Below are positions 24,371 through 34,543 of a stretch of 45,899 bases of DNA, piece after piece. A program made the translations under genes and the position numbers. Under the pieces are notes generated by a model. The model worked only from the letters and a program-made list of their open reading frames with translations. It had not been told where the DNA came from and made no database searches. This DNA comes from a virus, in the IMG/VR virus record IMGVR_UViG_3300045988_015578, positions 1-45,899 of that record, one strand, 5' to 3'. Position 1 is the first letter of the stretch, and each line of letters begins with the position of its first letter.

Positions 24371-24385
24371 TTAGGAGGTGGACAC

Positions 24386-27112
24386 ATGGCTGCTGATGGC
24401 TCAGTCATTATTGATACCAGAATGGACACGTCTGGTGTACAGAACGGCGTGTCAGCAATCAAACAGTCATTTAACGGCCTTGGGAGTGCTGTAAAAAAAA
24501 TCGGTCTGCTGATTGGTGGGGCGTTTGCAGTTGGCAAGTTAGTGCAGTTCGGAAAAGAGTGCGTGGAGCTTGGCTCTGATCTGACAGAAGTACAGAACGT
24601 GGTCGATGTTACATTTACCACCATGTCGGATAAAGTCAATGAATTTGCAAAGAATGCCATGACTTCTGCTGGCCTATCTGAAACTATGGCAAAAAGGTAT
24701 GTCGGCACGTTCGGCGCAATGTCCAAGTCGTTCGGATTCTCCGAAGCGCAGGCTTATGATATGTCAACGGCTTTGACGCAGCTGACTGGTGACGTGGCAT
24801 CATTCTATAACATCAGTCAGGACTTGGCTTATATCAAGCTGAAATCAGTGTTTACGGGCGAAACGGAAACGCTGAAAGATTTGGGCGTGGTCCTTACGCA
24901 AAGCGCACTTGATCAATATGCACTTGCCAATGGCTACGGAAAAACCACATCTGAAATGACAGAACAGGAAAAAGTGGCTCTCCGTCTGGCTTTTGTGCAG
25001 AAGCAGCTATCTGCCGCATCTGGAGACTTCATCCGTACTTCTGACAGCTGGGCAAACCAGGTCAGAGTTATGCAGTTACAGTTACAGTCTCTCAAGGCAA
25101 CAGTTGGGCAGGGATTGATTAATATTTTTACGCCTATACTGAAAGTAATTAATATCTTGCTCGGTAAGCTGGCAACTCTGGCAAATGCCTTCAAAAGTTT
25201 TACAGAACTAATAACCGGCAAGAAATCCTCCGGTCAGACAAGCGGAAGTGGAGCAGGCCTCACAGGCGATGCAAGTGGCGTGCAAGATACGGCAGATGCT
25301 TACGGACAGGCAGCAGACAATGCCGGCAAGTTAGCAGATTCTACAGAAGATGTAGCCGATGCAACAAAAGATGCGGCAAAAGCGGCGAAAGGATATCTTA
25401 GCCCACTTGATGAGATTAATCGGTATTCTACACAGGATATATCATCAACAGCAAGTAAAACTCCGTCGACATCCGGTAGCGGCAGTGGCGGTGTCGGAAC
25501 ATCTCTTCCGAGCGCAGTCAGCAACGTAGATTACGGAAAGGTAGCTGAGGGCGAAACCGCTCTGGATAAGATGAGCAAATCAGCCGAAAAACTTGCAAAG
25601 CTCCTTAAAAAGCTCTGGAAACCATTCCAGGACGCCTGGAAGAAAGAGGGCAAGAACACCATTGACGCGGCAAACATTGCTTTGTCGGGAATCGCAAAGC
25701 TCGCTAAAAGTGTAGGTAAAAGCTTGGTTGAAGTTTGGACAAATGGCACAGGCACAACGATGCTCACAACCATGCTGAGGATTGCTCAGAACGTACTTAA
25801 GACTATCGGTAACATTGCATCCGGTTTCGCAGATGCTTGGAATAAGAACAATGTCGGAACACAGATTATACAGAATATTGCAGATGCTCTTGTGGTAGTT
25901 ATGCAGTTTGTTGAAAAGATTGCAGAGGATACAGCGACATGGGCGGCAAATCTGGACTTCTATCCATTACTGGAATCTATCAGTAATCTGACAGCGACTT
26001 TTGCTCCAATTCTGGAATCCATTGGAAATGTACTTGAATGGATTTACAAAAATATTGTTCTTCCGATGCTAACATGGATTATTGAGGTAGGGCTTCCTGC
26101 AGTAATTAACCTAGTGTCAAAAGTAGCTACGTTTCTCGCCGATCATCAATCAATCGTTGAAGCATTCGGTGCAGCTCTGATTGGGGCGTTCGCGGCAGCA
26201 AAGATTGCAGGATTGGCATCGATAATCATTAAAAACGTGTCTGGAATCGCTATGGCCGCAAAGGGGCTTATCGCACTAATGACTGGTACGGGTGGCATCA
26301 TGGGTGGTATCAAAGCTATTGCAACAGCTATCGGACCAGGTGGAGTCTTTGTCCTTGCAGTCGGCGCATGTATTGCGATTGGCGTTTTGCTGTACAAAAA
26401 CTGGGACAAAATCAAAGAAATGGCTGGAAAGGTATGGGATTGGATTTCTAATAAAACGAGACGTTTTGTTGAGGATATTGGAAATAAACTCAGAGGTCTA
26501 GCTACCAAAATGACGACCATTTGGGGTAACATAAAGGCCAGCGCACATCAGAAATGGAATGCTATATGGTCTACCGTTAGTGGTTTTGCTGAAAGAATCA
26601 AGAACGCTATTGTTGATAAATTCACATCCGCTAAAAACACTGTAGTCAATGTATTTGATGGAATGAGAGATGCCATTAGGTCTGTTCTGAACAATATCAT
26701 AAGTGTTGTAAACGGTGCCATCAGTAAAGTGAATGGGGCTATTAGCGCAGTTGAATCGGCATTCTCATTCGGGCCATGGAAAGTGCCAACGCCATTCGGC
26801 TCAAAAACTATCGGGTTCAGAGCTACTTTTCCGCGAGTTTCAACAGTCCCGTATCTGGCAAAAGGTGCAGTTATCCCACCAAGAAGCGAGTTCCTTGCGG
26901 TTCTGGGCGATCAGAAGCAAGGCAACAACATCGAGACGCCGGAAGCTCTGCTCAGAAAGATCGTCCGGGAAGAAACAGCAGGACGGCAGACCGGCGGCGG
27001 AAGTTACCGATTTACGGCGCAGATCAATCGCAGAACCCTGTTTGACGAGATGATGAAAGAAGCACAGATGAGACGAGATACAAGCGGTAGAAACCCGTTT
27101 GAGATGGCATAG
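24386..27112 (+). CDS. tape measure protein
   Basis: 908 aa, helical with hydrophobic segments, in the canonical position. Confidence 0.85.
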   Translation: MAADGSVIIDTRMDTSGVQNGVSAIKQSFNGLGSAVKKIGLLIGGAFAVGKLVQFGKECVELGSDLTEVQNVVDVTFTTMSDKVNEFAKNAMTSAGLSETMAKRYVGTFGAMSKSFGFSEAQAYDMSTALTQLTGDVASFYNISQDLAYIKLKSVFTGETETLKDLGVVLTQSALDQYALANGYGKTTSEMTEQEKVALRLAFVQKQLSAASGDFIRTSDSWANQVRVMQLQLQSLKATVGQGLINIFTPILKVINILLGKLATLANAFKSFTELITGKKSSGQTSGSGAGLTGDASGVQDTADAYGQAADNAGKLADSTEDVADATKDAAKAAKGYLSPLDEINRYSTQDISSTASKTPSTSGSGSGGVGTSLPSAVSNVDYGKVAEGETALDKMSKSAEKLAKLLKKLWKPFQDAWKKEGKNTIDAANIALSGIAKLAKSVGKSLVEVWTNGTGTTMLTTMLRIAQNVLKTIGNIASGFADAWNKNNVGTQIIQNIADALVVVMQFVEKIAEDTATWAANLDFYPLLESISNLTATFAPILESIGNVLEWIYKNIVLPMLTWIIEVGLPAVINLVSKVATFLADHQSIVEAFGAALIGAFAAAKIAGLASIIIKNVSGIAMAAKGLIALMTGTGGIMGGIKAIATAIGPGGVFVLAVGACIAIGVLLYKNWDKIKEMAGKVWDWISNKTRRFVEDIGNKLRGLATKMTTIWGNIKASAHQKWNAIWSTVSGFAERIKNAIVDKFTSAKNTVVNVFDGMRDAIRSVLNNIISVVNGAISKVNGAISAVESAFSFGPWKVPTPFGSKTIGFRATFPRVSTVPYLAKGAVIPPRSEFLAVLGDQKQGNNIETPEALLRKIVREETAGRQTGGGSYRFTAQINRRTLFDEMMKEAQMRRDTSGRNPFEMA

Positions 27113-27125
27113 AAAGGAGGGCGTT

Positions 27126-27500
27126 ATGGAAAAGTACAAAATCAACGGAACAGTCATTTGGCAACCGGACAAAGACCTTGCGCTCTCCTTTGCCACGACT
27201 TACACGGAATCCAGTCAGAGGACGCAATATGGTGTAGGATACTTTACGCCGATGTTTACAGTTGAACAGTATACATATAAAGCCAGCGACATCCCGATGA
27301 CAGAAGCAACTAAAATTTTGCAGATGGTAGCGAAAGGATATAAATTTACGCTACATTATTTCTCGCCATATTACGGGGCTTGGCGTGATGCACCGTTCTA
27401 TGTGGGGCAGACACAAAACATAGCTATCGGGGAACTGTCGGATGATAGAAAAATACTATCATCACTAGAGTTTAATATGACGGGGGTGAATCCACTGTGA
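27126..27500 (+). CDS. distal tail protein (small Dit-like, putative)
   Basis: AAAGGAGG RBS; follows the tape-measure gene. Confidence 0.55.
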   Translation: MEKYKINGTVIWQPDKDLALSFATTYTESSQRTQYGVGYFTPMFTVEQYTYKASDIPMTEATKILQMVAKGYKFTLHYFSPYYGAWRDAPFYVGQTQNIAIGELSDDRKILSSLEFNMTGVNPL

Positions 27501-30500
27501 TTAACATAAGTAACGCATTTAGAGAAAAGCTTGAAGCTGGTGAGCCAGTCAGAATGGTAGTGGATATCACCTTTCCTGACGGAACAAAAAAGACTATTGA
27601 TAGTGATATCATGAACGGCGACAACGGGTTTTCCGATTGCGCGGAAAGCAGCAGTTTTCCGGTCGGCGCTACTGTCTGTAAAACACTGACGCTGAGTATT
27701 AATAATGATCAGGAGCAGTGGAAGAACTACAACTTCTATGGAGCTAAGATCCACGCTTATCTGAAGCTCCAGACGTCACATGCGGCGCCGGAGTCTGTAA
27801 GTACGCTGTTGGATGAAAGCTACAACCCGATCCTGGACAGCACTGGAGATCCTATCGTTGCGACACAGGCTGCCACGAAAGATATCATTGAAACTATCGA
27901 CAAGGGAGTCTATACAGTCACTACGCCGGAGCAGTACTCGGATATCATCAATGTTACGGCACTGGATGATATGTACAAGGCGAATAAGGTATATACCAGC
28001 GGATTGAAATTACCACAGTCGCTCATCAACCTTGTCAGAGATGCTTGCAAGACTGTCGGCATAGGTATGAATCTAACTATGGACCATGGCGATATTATAA
28101 TAAGAAGTATTCCGGACAGTATGACGTTTCGTCAGTTGTTCGGGTATGCGGCTATGGTTGAGTCTGCGAACGCCCGAATTGATTATTTCGGGAATCTACA
28201 GTTTGTGAAATGGGATTTTGAAAAAATGGAATCTGACAATGCTGCGACCGTGGACGCAGATGGGTTTATTCATTTCGGCGATGCTAGTCCGTCTATTGAT
28301 ACCAACGGCTTTGCTTCTCTGCCAGGATGGACTATTAATGCAGAGGGGTTCCTGGCTCTCACATCCGGCCCAGGTAGTGACGTTCAGAGACTGATGGCTT
28401 ACGCGAACCCACCTGCACTTTCCAGTGATGATATTGTTATTACCGGGATTCGATTGAAAAACGGAGAAACGGACAACAATACTGACACAGATTATTCTGG
28501 CATGTACGGAGAAGAGGGATATGTCCTCGAGCTTGAGAACGAGCTGATTGATACCGATCAGCTTCAGACAGTAGCGAATATCATCGGAGAACAGATTGTA
28601 GGGGCACGATTCCGGAATCTTGAGGGTGATCTGGTGTACAACCCGCTCGTCGAGTTTGGCGACATGGTGTACACTTACGACCGATTAGGGAACAAGTATC
28701 TTACTCCTCTGACAGACGTTTCCGGAAATGTAGGCGGTCTGACTACAGTTAAGACACAGGCCGATGATCCGATCAGGGGAAGCAGCGACTTTTACGGAAA
28801 CAGCACAAAGGCTATAGTTGCGGCACGTCAGATGGTGCAAAAAGAAACATCCGCAAGAGAAGAGGCTATACGGAGATTAGCTGAAACACTCAATTCCTCG
28901 AGCGGTCTGTATATGACACAGGAGCCGCAGCAGGACGGTAGTATCATATACTATATGCACAACAAAGCAACCATGGCAGAATCCAACATAATCTGGAAAC
29001 TGACAGCGGAAGCGTTTGCAGTGTCAGTTGACGGTGGAAAGACGTATCCTTACGGTTTTGCGGTGACTGGTGAATTAATAACCAGACTGCTCTATGCAGA
29101 GGGCATCAATGCCGATTATATTAACGCAGGAACGCTCATCGTAAGAGACAAAAGTGGAAATGCGATATTTGAAGCAGACATGGATACCGGATCAGTTACC
29201 CTTGACGGAAGTTATGTGACGATCGGCGGTAAACCACTTAATGAAAAGATTGAAGATGTTGAGAACATGGCAGCTCTGGCTAGAAACATGACCATGCAGC
29301 TCGACAACGACTATCAGGGAATCCCGGTTGATAGCGACGGCAACTATACGGAGTTCCCGGAGTGCACCACAACAGCGACCGTCATGTACGGCACACAGGA
29401 TATCACGGATAACTGTACGTATACGATTACGACATCCCGGAATATACAGGGAAGTTGGGACAAGGAAAACAAAACCTACATTGTCACCGGCTTGACCGCA
29501 GACAGCGGATGGGTGAATATCAAAGCCACATATCTGAATAACCTTGTCGTATCGAAACAGTTTTCGCTTGCGAAACAGTACGCCGGCAAAGACGGAGCGA
29601 ACGGCATCCCGGGAAAAGACGGTAAAGACGGAAAGACACAGTACACGCACCTTGCTTATGCCAACAGTGCGGATGGAACGAAAGACTTTTCGGTATCTGA
29701 CGGAAATCGTGAGTATATCGGCATGTACGTGGATTTCGTGGAAGCTGACAGCACTGACCCGGCGAAATACACATGGTCACTGATTAAGGGAGCGGATGGT
29801 GCACAGGGTGTACCGGGAACACCAGGAACGGACGGAAAGACACCGTACTTCCACATCGCATATGCAAATAGCGCTGATGGTAGAACAGGTTTTTCCGTAG
29901 ATGATAGCGTCAATAAGCTGTATATCGGGCAGTATACCGATTACACACCGGATGATAGCACAGACCCAACAAAGTATAGTTGGACAAAAATTAAAGGCGA
30001 GCAGGGAAATGCCGGAAGGACTTACTTCTTCCAGAGTAATGCAGATGTGTTACTGATGGGGGCAGATAAGAGAATAACACCGGCGCCGCTCATTGTGGAT
30101 TCTTTCTACAGGGATGGAAACGGCGAGATTGCACAGTCACAAAAAGGTTGGTGGAAACTTGAAAAATCCACCGACAACGGCGCTACATGGTCAGCGCTCA
30201 CGGTATCGCAGACTGCGGCACTTGACCGGTTGAGTATTAACGTCAATAACCTGTCGCTCAAGGCTCACAATATGCTCAAGGTTTCGCTGTATTTTGACCA
30301 GGCAAAAACGAAGCTTGCGGACTATCAGACGTTTTCCGTGGCGGTTGATGTGGCATCACTGACACAGGAACAGATAGTTGATATCCTATCAGACGGCGGA
30401 AAGTTCAAGGGTCTGTATTATGGCAAGGATGAGAGTGGAAACACGACACTGTATATATCTTTCAATGCCATGAAAGGTGGTGTTATCAGTCTTGGCGGCA

Positions 30501-31477
30501 TGAATAACGGAAACGGTCAGCTGAAGATTTACGATGCTGACGGAAATCAGATATCGAGATTAGGATATACCGGATATGTCGTACTTAACAAGAACACCGG
30601 AAACCCGATGGTATCTCTTAACACTGCCGGATTGCGATTGTATACGGACTACACAGATGCAGACAACTACAATGCGCTGATGCTTGGAAAATATGGACTG
30701 TATGCACAGAAAGTCCAAAATAAAGTGCTTGAACTCTGGATGGAAGGTGATACGAGCAAAAAATGGGAAGGCTATATTGTTCGCTATCTGAACAACAAAG
30801 TTCGAATAAATACGAACTCACTTTTTACGGACGGATGCGAACTTGGAGCAAACATTTTGACAAAAGGAAGTCTCACTGTTGAGAGGGCCGCTGGATTGAA
30901 AGGCGGCGCTTATGTACAGGGAAGTTTCTCTTTCGAGGACTCGGAGCAAACCGATGAAAGAAGCCCTGTCAGAAGAAGACCTATAGCTACACTGGGAACT
31001 GTTGGAAAAAAGGTGGCGTTTATCGGATGCGGTCAAACACAGACTGGAGGCACCGACATTGGAGCTAGCTATAAAAACTATATCGAAGTTAGAGGACAGT
31101 TTACTGGTGCTAAAAATTTTGTAACAAGTAAATTCTATTCCGGTTCAGCCCCGTCAGACATCCGCCTAAAAGAAAACATCGAAAACAGTGAAACAGACGC
31201 CCTCGAAACGGTCAATCGCATGAAAGTCCGTCAATTCGACTGGAAAGAGCGGATGGGCGGATGGCATCAGGATATCGGTTTCGTGGCGGACGAGCTGGAA
31301 GAAATCGACCCGAACTTGGCACTGGGCGGCGGATATGACGAAAACGGCGAGATGGACATTAAGCAGATTAACAGTCCGTACTTGCTGAACTACGCAATCA
31401 AAGCGATACAGGAACTTAATGCAAAGGTTGACGAGCAAGAGAAACGTATCAAGGAATTAGAAAGGAGATTACAGTAA
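27497..31477 (+). CDS. tail-associated fibre protein with collagen-like repeats and a C-terminal S74 intramolecular-chaperone domain
   Basis: Two G-x-y stretches are each followed by Y(T/F)H(L/I)AYANSADG...DSTDP.KY.W. The C-terminus (SDIRLKENIE...QFDWK...GFVADELEEI) is typical of the peptidase S74 chaperone. Confidence 0.8.
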   Translation: MINISNAFREKLEAGEPVRMVVDITFPDGTKKTIDSDIMNGDNGFSDCAESSSFPVGATVCKTLTLSINNDQEQWKNYNFYGAKIHAYLKLQTSHAAPESVSTLLDESYNPILDSTGDPIVATQAATKDIIETIDKGVYTVTTPEQYSDIINVTALDDMYKANKVYTSGLKLPQSLINLVRDACKTVGIGMNLTMDHGDIIIRSIPDSMTFRQLFGYAAMVESANARIDYFGNLQFVKWDFEKMESDNAATVDADGFIHFGDASPSIDTNGFASLPGWTINAEGFLALTSGPGSDVQRLMAYANPPALSSDDIVITGIRLKNGETDNNTDTDYSGMYGEEGYVLELENELIDTDQLQTVANIIGEQIVGARFRNLEGDLVYNPLVEFGDMVYTYDRLGNKYLTPLTDVSGNVGGLTTVKTQADDPIRGSSDFYGNSTKAIVAARQMVQKETSAREEAIRRLAETLNSSSGLYMTQEPQQDGSIIYYMHNKATMAESNIIWKLTAEAFAVSVDGGKTYPYGFAVTGELITRLLYAEGINADYINAGTLIVRDKSGNAIFEADMDTGSVTLDGSYVTIGGKPLNEKIEDVENMAALARNMTMQLDNDYQGIPVDSDGNYTEFPECTTTATVMYGTQDITDNCTYTITTSRNIQGSWDKENKTYIVTGLTADSGWVNIKATYLNNLVVSKQFSLAKQYAGKDGANGIPGKDGKDGKTQYTHLAYANSADGTKDFSVSDGNREYIGMYVDFVEADSTDPAKYTWSLIKGADGAQGVPGTPGTDGKTPYFHIAYANSADGRTGFSVDDSVNKLYIGQYTDYTPDDSTDPTKYSWTKIKGEQGNAGRTYFFQSNADVLLMGADKRITPAPLIVDSFYRDGNGEIAQSQKGWWKLEKSTDNGATWSALTVSQTAALDRLSINVNNLSLKAHNMLKVSLYFDQAKTKLADYQTFSVAVDVASLTQEQIVDILSDGGKFKGLYYGKDESGNTTLYISFNAMKGGVISLGGMNNGNGQLKIYDADGNQISRLGYTGYVVLNKNTGNPMVSLNTAGLRLYTDYTDADNYNALMLGKYGLYAQKVQNKVLELWMEGDTSKKWEGYIVRYLNNKVRINTNSLFTDGCELGANILTKGSLTVERAAGLKGGAYVQGSFSFEDSEQTDERSPVRRRPIATLGTVGKKVAFIGCGQTQTGGTDIGASYKNYIEVRGQFTGAKNFVTSKFYSGSAPSDIRLKENIENSETDALETVNRMKVRQFDWKERMGGWHQDIGFVADELEEIDPNLALGGGYDENGEMDIKQINSPYLLNYAIKAIQELNAKVDEQEKRIKELERRLQ

Positions 31478-31959
31478 TGGGTAAATTTAACGAGTACACA
31501 CAGAAAGCGACACCGGCGGACAACGACACACTGATGATTTACGACGCAACGTCGAAGGCAAACAAGCTTTCGCCATTCAGCGGAATCTGGAACTGGATTG
31601 TCGGTAAATTGACCAATGCGGTCATCAGCAACTTGCAGACATCGAACAAAAGTGTTATCGGGGCGCTTAATGAATTAAATAGTAAGGCAGTGACAGGTAA
31701 AATTCCGCAGTTCTACAGCAATATTGATAAAATAAATGGTGCCTCAATTATAGTTGCAACAGCACGAAGTGACGGCACTCTTCCTAAAAAAATAGGAGGA
31801 AACAGGTACATGATAATTACAGATGCTAGTTTTAGCGAAAGTGGACTGACATATGCAGTTCAATTTGCTATCGGCTTCGGATCATCTACTATCGCAATTA
31901 GGAATTGCAATTATACAGCTGCTGGAAACGGAAAGTATAGCGAATGGAGATATATTTAA
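31477..31959 (+). CDS. tail-fibre / receptor-binding protein with a knob-like C-terminus (putative)
   Basis: Its start overlaps the upstream stop. The N-terminus MGKFNEYTQKATPADNDTLMIYD is a recurrent fibre N-terminus, and the protein ends ...SEWRYI. Confidence 0.55.
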   Translation: MGKFNEYTQKATPADNDTLMIYDATSKANKLSPFSGIWNWIVGKLTNAVISNLQTSNKSVIGALNELNSKAVTGKIPQFYSNIDKINGASIIVATARSDGTLPKKIGGNRYMIITDASFSESGLTYAVQFAIGFGSSTIAIRNCNYTAAGNGKYSEWRYI

Positions 31960-32027
31960 TTTCATAATCACTTTACGATTCCAAATTAAATAGTAACCCT
32001 CTGAGCATATTAACTAGAAGTGCCATT

Positions 32028-32270
32028 TTGCTTGAACAGGCGTTTGATTATAATGAATTAAAAACCACTGGAGCGTATTATTTAACAGGTTCCGACCCCG
32101 CTTTAGCAAAAAACAGACCAGCTGATTGTACAAATTGCTATATACTGGTTTTTGCATTCATACCAACTAGAGTTTGCCAAATAATACTGCCAGGTAATGA
32201 TGATCGTGCATGGATAAGGTCAACAGTGACTGATAGTAGTGAGTGGCGATCATGGGTAGCAATTTTTTAA
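32028..32270 (+). pseudogene. orphan knob-like cassette lacking a convincing start (alternative receptor-binding-protein C-terminus or a remnant)
   Basis: The frame is open from 31968 with no ATG or RBS. It ends ...SSEWRSWVAIF, resembling the C-terminus of the upstream gene. Confidence 0.4.
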
Positions 32271-32386
32271 TTCGTAAAAATTCCCACTTCCCATTTAGTT
32301 CATTAAAAATTTCATAAAAAGCTACCAATGGAGTGTGCGTTCTCCACGCAGAAACGTGGATTAAAATGTGAAAGGAGTTGACAGAA

Positions 32387-34033
32387 TTGGAGATTAAAGG
32401 AATTGACGTATCATCCAATCAAGGAAAACCGGACTGGTCGAAAGTGGCCAAATCCGGCATTAAATTCGCAATCTTGAGAGTACACCAGAAAACCGGTATT
32501 GATGGCTCGTTCGAGTATAACTACAAGGGATGCAAGAGCAACGGAATCCTTATCGGCGGGTACAAGTATTCATATGCCCTGACGCCGGCACAGGCTATTG
32601 ACGAAGCAGAGGATGTGATTGCCGCGCTCAACGGACGCGGACTGGACTTTCCAGTGTTCTATGACCTTGAGTGGACTAATCAGCGGAAACTCGGCAAGCA
32701 GGCTATTGAGAACATTGCAGTTTCATTCTTGACCAGAATGAAAAAAGCAGGATATAAGGTTGGCATCTATTGCAATTATGACTGGTACAAGAATTACTTG
32801 ACAGACGCTTTGAAGCAGTACGACTGTTGGATTGCGAATTATCCCAAAAAAGAGCTGGATAACGGAACATTACAGGAAAGGCTGAGAGTTCCGGTCGGTG
32901 TAGGCTGGCAGTATTCAGAACATGGAAAAGTATCCGGAATCAGCGGAAATGTTGATATGGACGTGTTCTACAAGGACTATAGAGGAACGACACAGAAAGG
33001 AGAAACAAAAATGAGCAAAACAAAATTACAAAAATTCACAGAACTTGGTGATTATTACGCATCAAACGGCGGATACCTGGAAAAGAAAAGTAATGCTTAT
33101 CTGGATGATTTTAAGAAAAATGCTGGATACAACAACTACACCAGATTTGCTCGTGATGTAAATTCCTGGGGACAGCCGGGCTGCCAGGCTCAGCCATGGT
33201 GTGCAGAGTATCAGTTCTGGAAACTGGTTAATGTTCTGGGAATCACAAGAGCATTGCAGATTATGGGCGGTGGATTCTATAACTGCAAGAGCATCACCAA
33301 TCACGCCAAGAGCAATGGAACATGGCATAAATCACCAAAAGTAGGTGCGTTGATTATATTCCGTAACGGTTCCCATGTTGGTTCTGTTCGCAGCTTCAAT
33401 GGTAGTGTCGTATATACCAACGAGGGGAACACTTCCAGTGCTGCCGGCGTGGTAGCAAATGGCGGAGCTGTACGCAACAAATCCTACACTATCAACGATT
33501 CTGCAATTGACGGATATGTTTGGATTGACTGGGGAAACGAGGGGCAGACTGCGGCTTGGAAAGCGACTGGCACAGCCACTTCCGCAACAGACGATTTGTA
33601 TGTCCGCGAAAGCCCGAACGGATATGTTCTCGGAAAAATCAACAAAGGAAACCGTGTTGAGATCAACGGAGAAAAGTCCGGCGCGTGGACTAGAATCAAG
33701 GTAGCCGGAATTGGAATCGGTTGGGCCGCTACCAAGTACCTTGCTGTTGACGGAGTAAAAAACACGGCCGCAACTGCGACAGTAATCGCCAAAAAGCAAG
33801 ACAAAAATCAGAGGTTGTACACTGGACAGGTCACAGCTTCTAGCCTTAATGTCCGCACATGGGCCGGAGCAGAATATCCGAACATTAAAAAGTATCCGAC
33901 ATTAAGCAAAGGGAACAAGGTTGATGTTATGAATTTCACTCAAAAGGCAAGTGACGGTAGTTCCTGGTACTACATCCGCATTGCCGGAAAGTATTTTGGA
34001 TTTGTTTCCGCAAAATACATCAAAAAAGTGTAA
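32387..34033 (+). CDS. endolysin: GH25 muramidase + CHAP/NlpC-like domain + two SH3 domains
   Basis: GIDVSSNQG...FYDLEW...WQYS are GH25 motifs. PWCAEY...GSHVG is CHAP-like. There are two SH3b-like repeats. The probable start is TTG 32387, 9 nt after AAAGGAG. Confidence 0.85.
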   Translation: MEIKGIDVSSNQGKPDWSKVAKSGIKFAILRVHQKTGIDGSFEYNYKGCKSNGILIGGYKYSYALTPAQAIDEAEDVIAALNGRGLDFPVFYDLEWTNQRKLGKQAIENIAVSFLTRMKKAGYKVGIYCNYDWYKNYLTDALKQYDCWIANYPKKELDNGTLQERLRVPVGVGWQYSEHGKVSGISGNVDMDVFYKDYRGTTQKGETKMSKTKLQKFTELGDYYASNGGYLEKKSNAYLDDFKKNAGYNNYTRFARDVNSWGQPGCQAQPWCAEYQFWKLVNVLGITRALQIMGGGFYNCKSITNHAKSNGTWHKSPKVGALIIFRNGSHVGSVRSFNGSVVYTNEGNTSSAAGVVANGGAVRNKSYTINDSAIDGYVWIDWGNEGQTAAWKATGTATSATDDLYVRESPNGYVLGKINKGNRVEINGEKSGAWTRIKVAGIGIGWAATKYLAVDGVKNTAATATVIAKKQDKNQRLYTGQVTASSLNVRTWAGAEYPNIKKYPTLSKGNKVDVMNFTQKASDGSSWYYIRIAGKYFGFVSAKYIKKV

Positions 34034-34088
34034 GAATTAAGCCTCTTGGAATTAATCTTTGGGGCTTTTGCACCAAATAATGTTCTGA

Positions 34089-34117
34089 TTGATTTTTCCT
34101 TCAAAACAGGTTATACT
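34089..34117 (+). promoter_or_regulatory. sigma-A-type promoter in the lysin-integrase gap
   Basis: TTGATT, a 17-nt spacer, then TATACT. Confidence 0.6.
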
Positions 34118-34123
34118 ATCAAT

Positions 34124-34305
34124 AGTCACGCAGGGATTGAACTTATGATGTATAACACCCTGTGTGGCTAGCACAAGTTGAGAGTGCAGACTAATTCCGA
34201 CGTGCATGAACGGAAGAGCTGTATGTTCCTGATAGGAGCTGTTAGCAGCGGTACGAGCGGACAGTCAAAGAAAGAGTTGGGCATAAAAACCCGACTCTTT
34301 TTTTT
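34124..34305 (+). ncRNA. candidate small RNA of about 180 nt
   Basis: Bounded by the promoter and a strong terminator. It contains no ORF longer than 10 codons and has a 9-bp stem (34127-35/34158-66). Confidence 0.45.
34273..34305 (+). terminator. rho-independent terminator
   Basis: Stem agagttggg/cccgactct (one G.U pair) followed by a T8 run. Confidence 0.8.
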
Positions 34306-34344
34306 ACGTCAAATTGCGATGTTTTAATTAGATATAGATTTGCA

Positions 34345-34369
34345 CGGTTAGTCACAAATTAGTCACAAA
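34345..34369. repeat. arm-type-site candidate: tandem TTAGTCACA x2 (GGTTAGTCACAAATTAGTCACAAAC)
   Basis: Near-identical to 34544-34567. Confidence 0.6.
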
Positions 34370-34543
34370 CAAAGTCTGAAATACCGCATAAACAAAGGAT
34401 TCTTGAAGATTTTCATTAAAATTAGATTAAAGAAAATGTTTTTGCGGAATCCCTTGTAAAATGCGGGAAAGCCAGTAAAATCAATACTTTACAGGCTTTT
34501 GTTAGAGTAATTAAGACAGTTTAAAAAAGATAAAAATAGGAAC

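Noticed and set aside
29585-30015. Diversity-generating retroelement or shufflon acting on the fibre repeats or knob cassette
   Set aside because: The window contains no reverse transcriptase, no template-repeat/variable-repeat pair with adenine-specific differences, and no invertase.
34124-34305. Riboswitch (c-di-GMP-like, because of the CACGCAGGG string) in the lysin-int gap
   Set aside because: The unit ends in a terminator with no downstream gene on that strand. I could not match the conserved cores of the riboswitch classes I know, so it is treated as an sRNA candidate instead.
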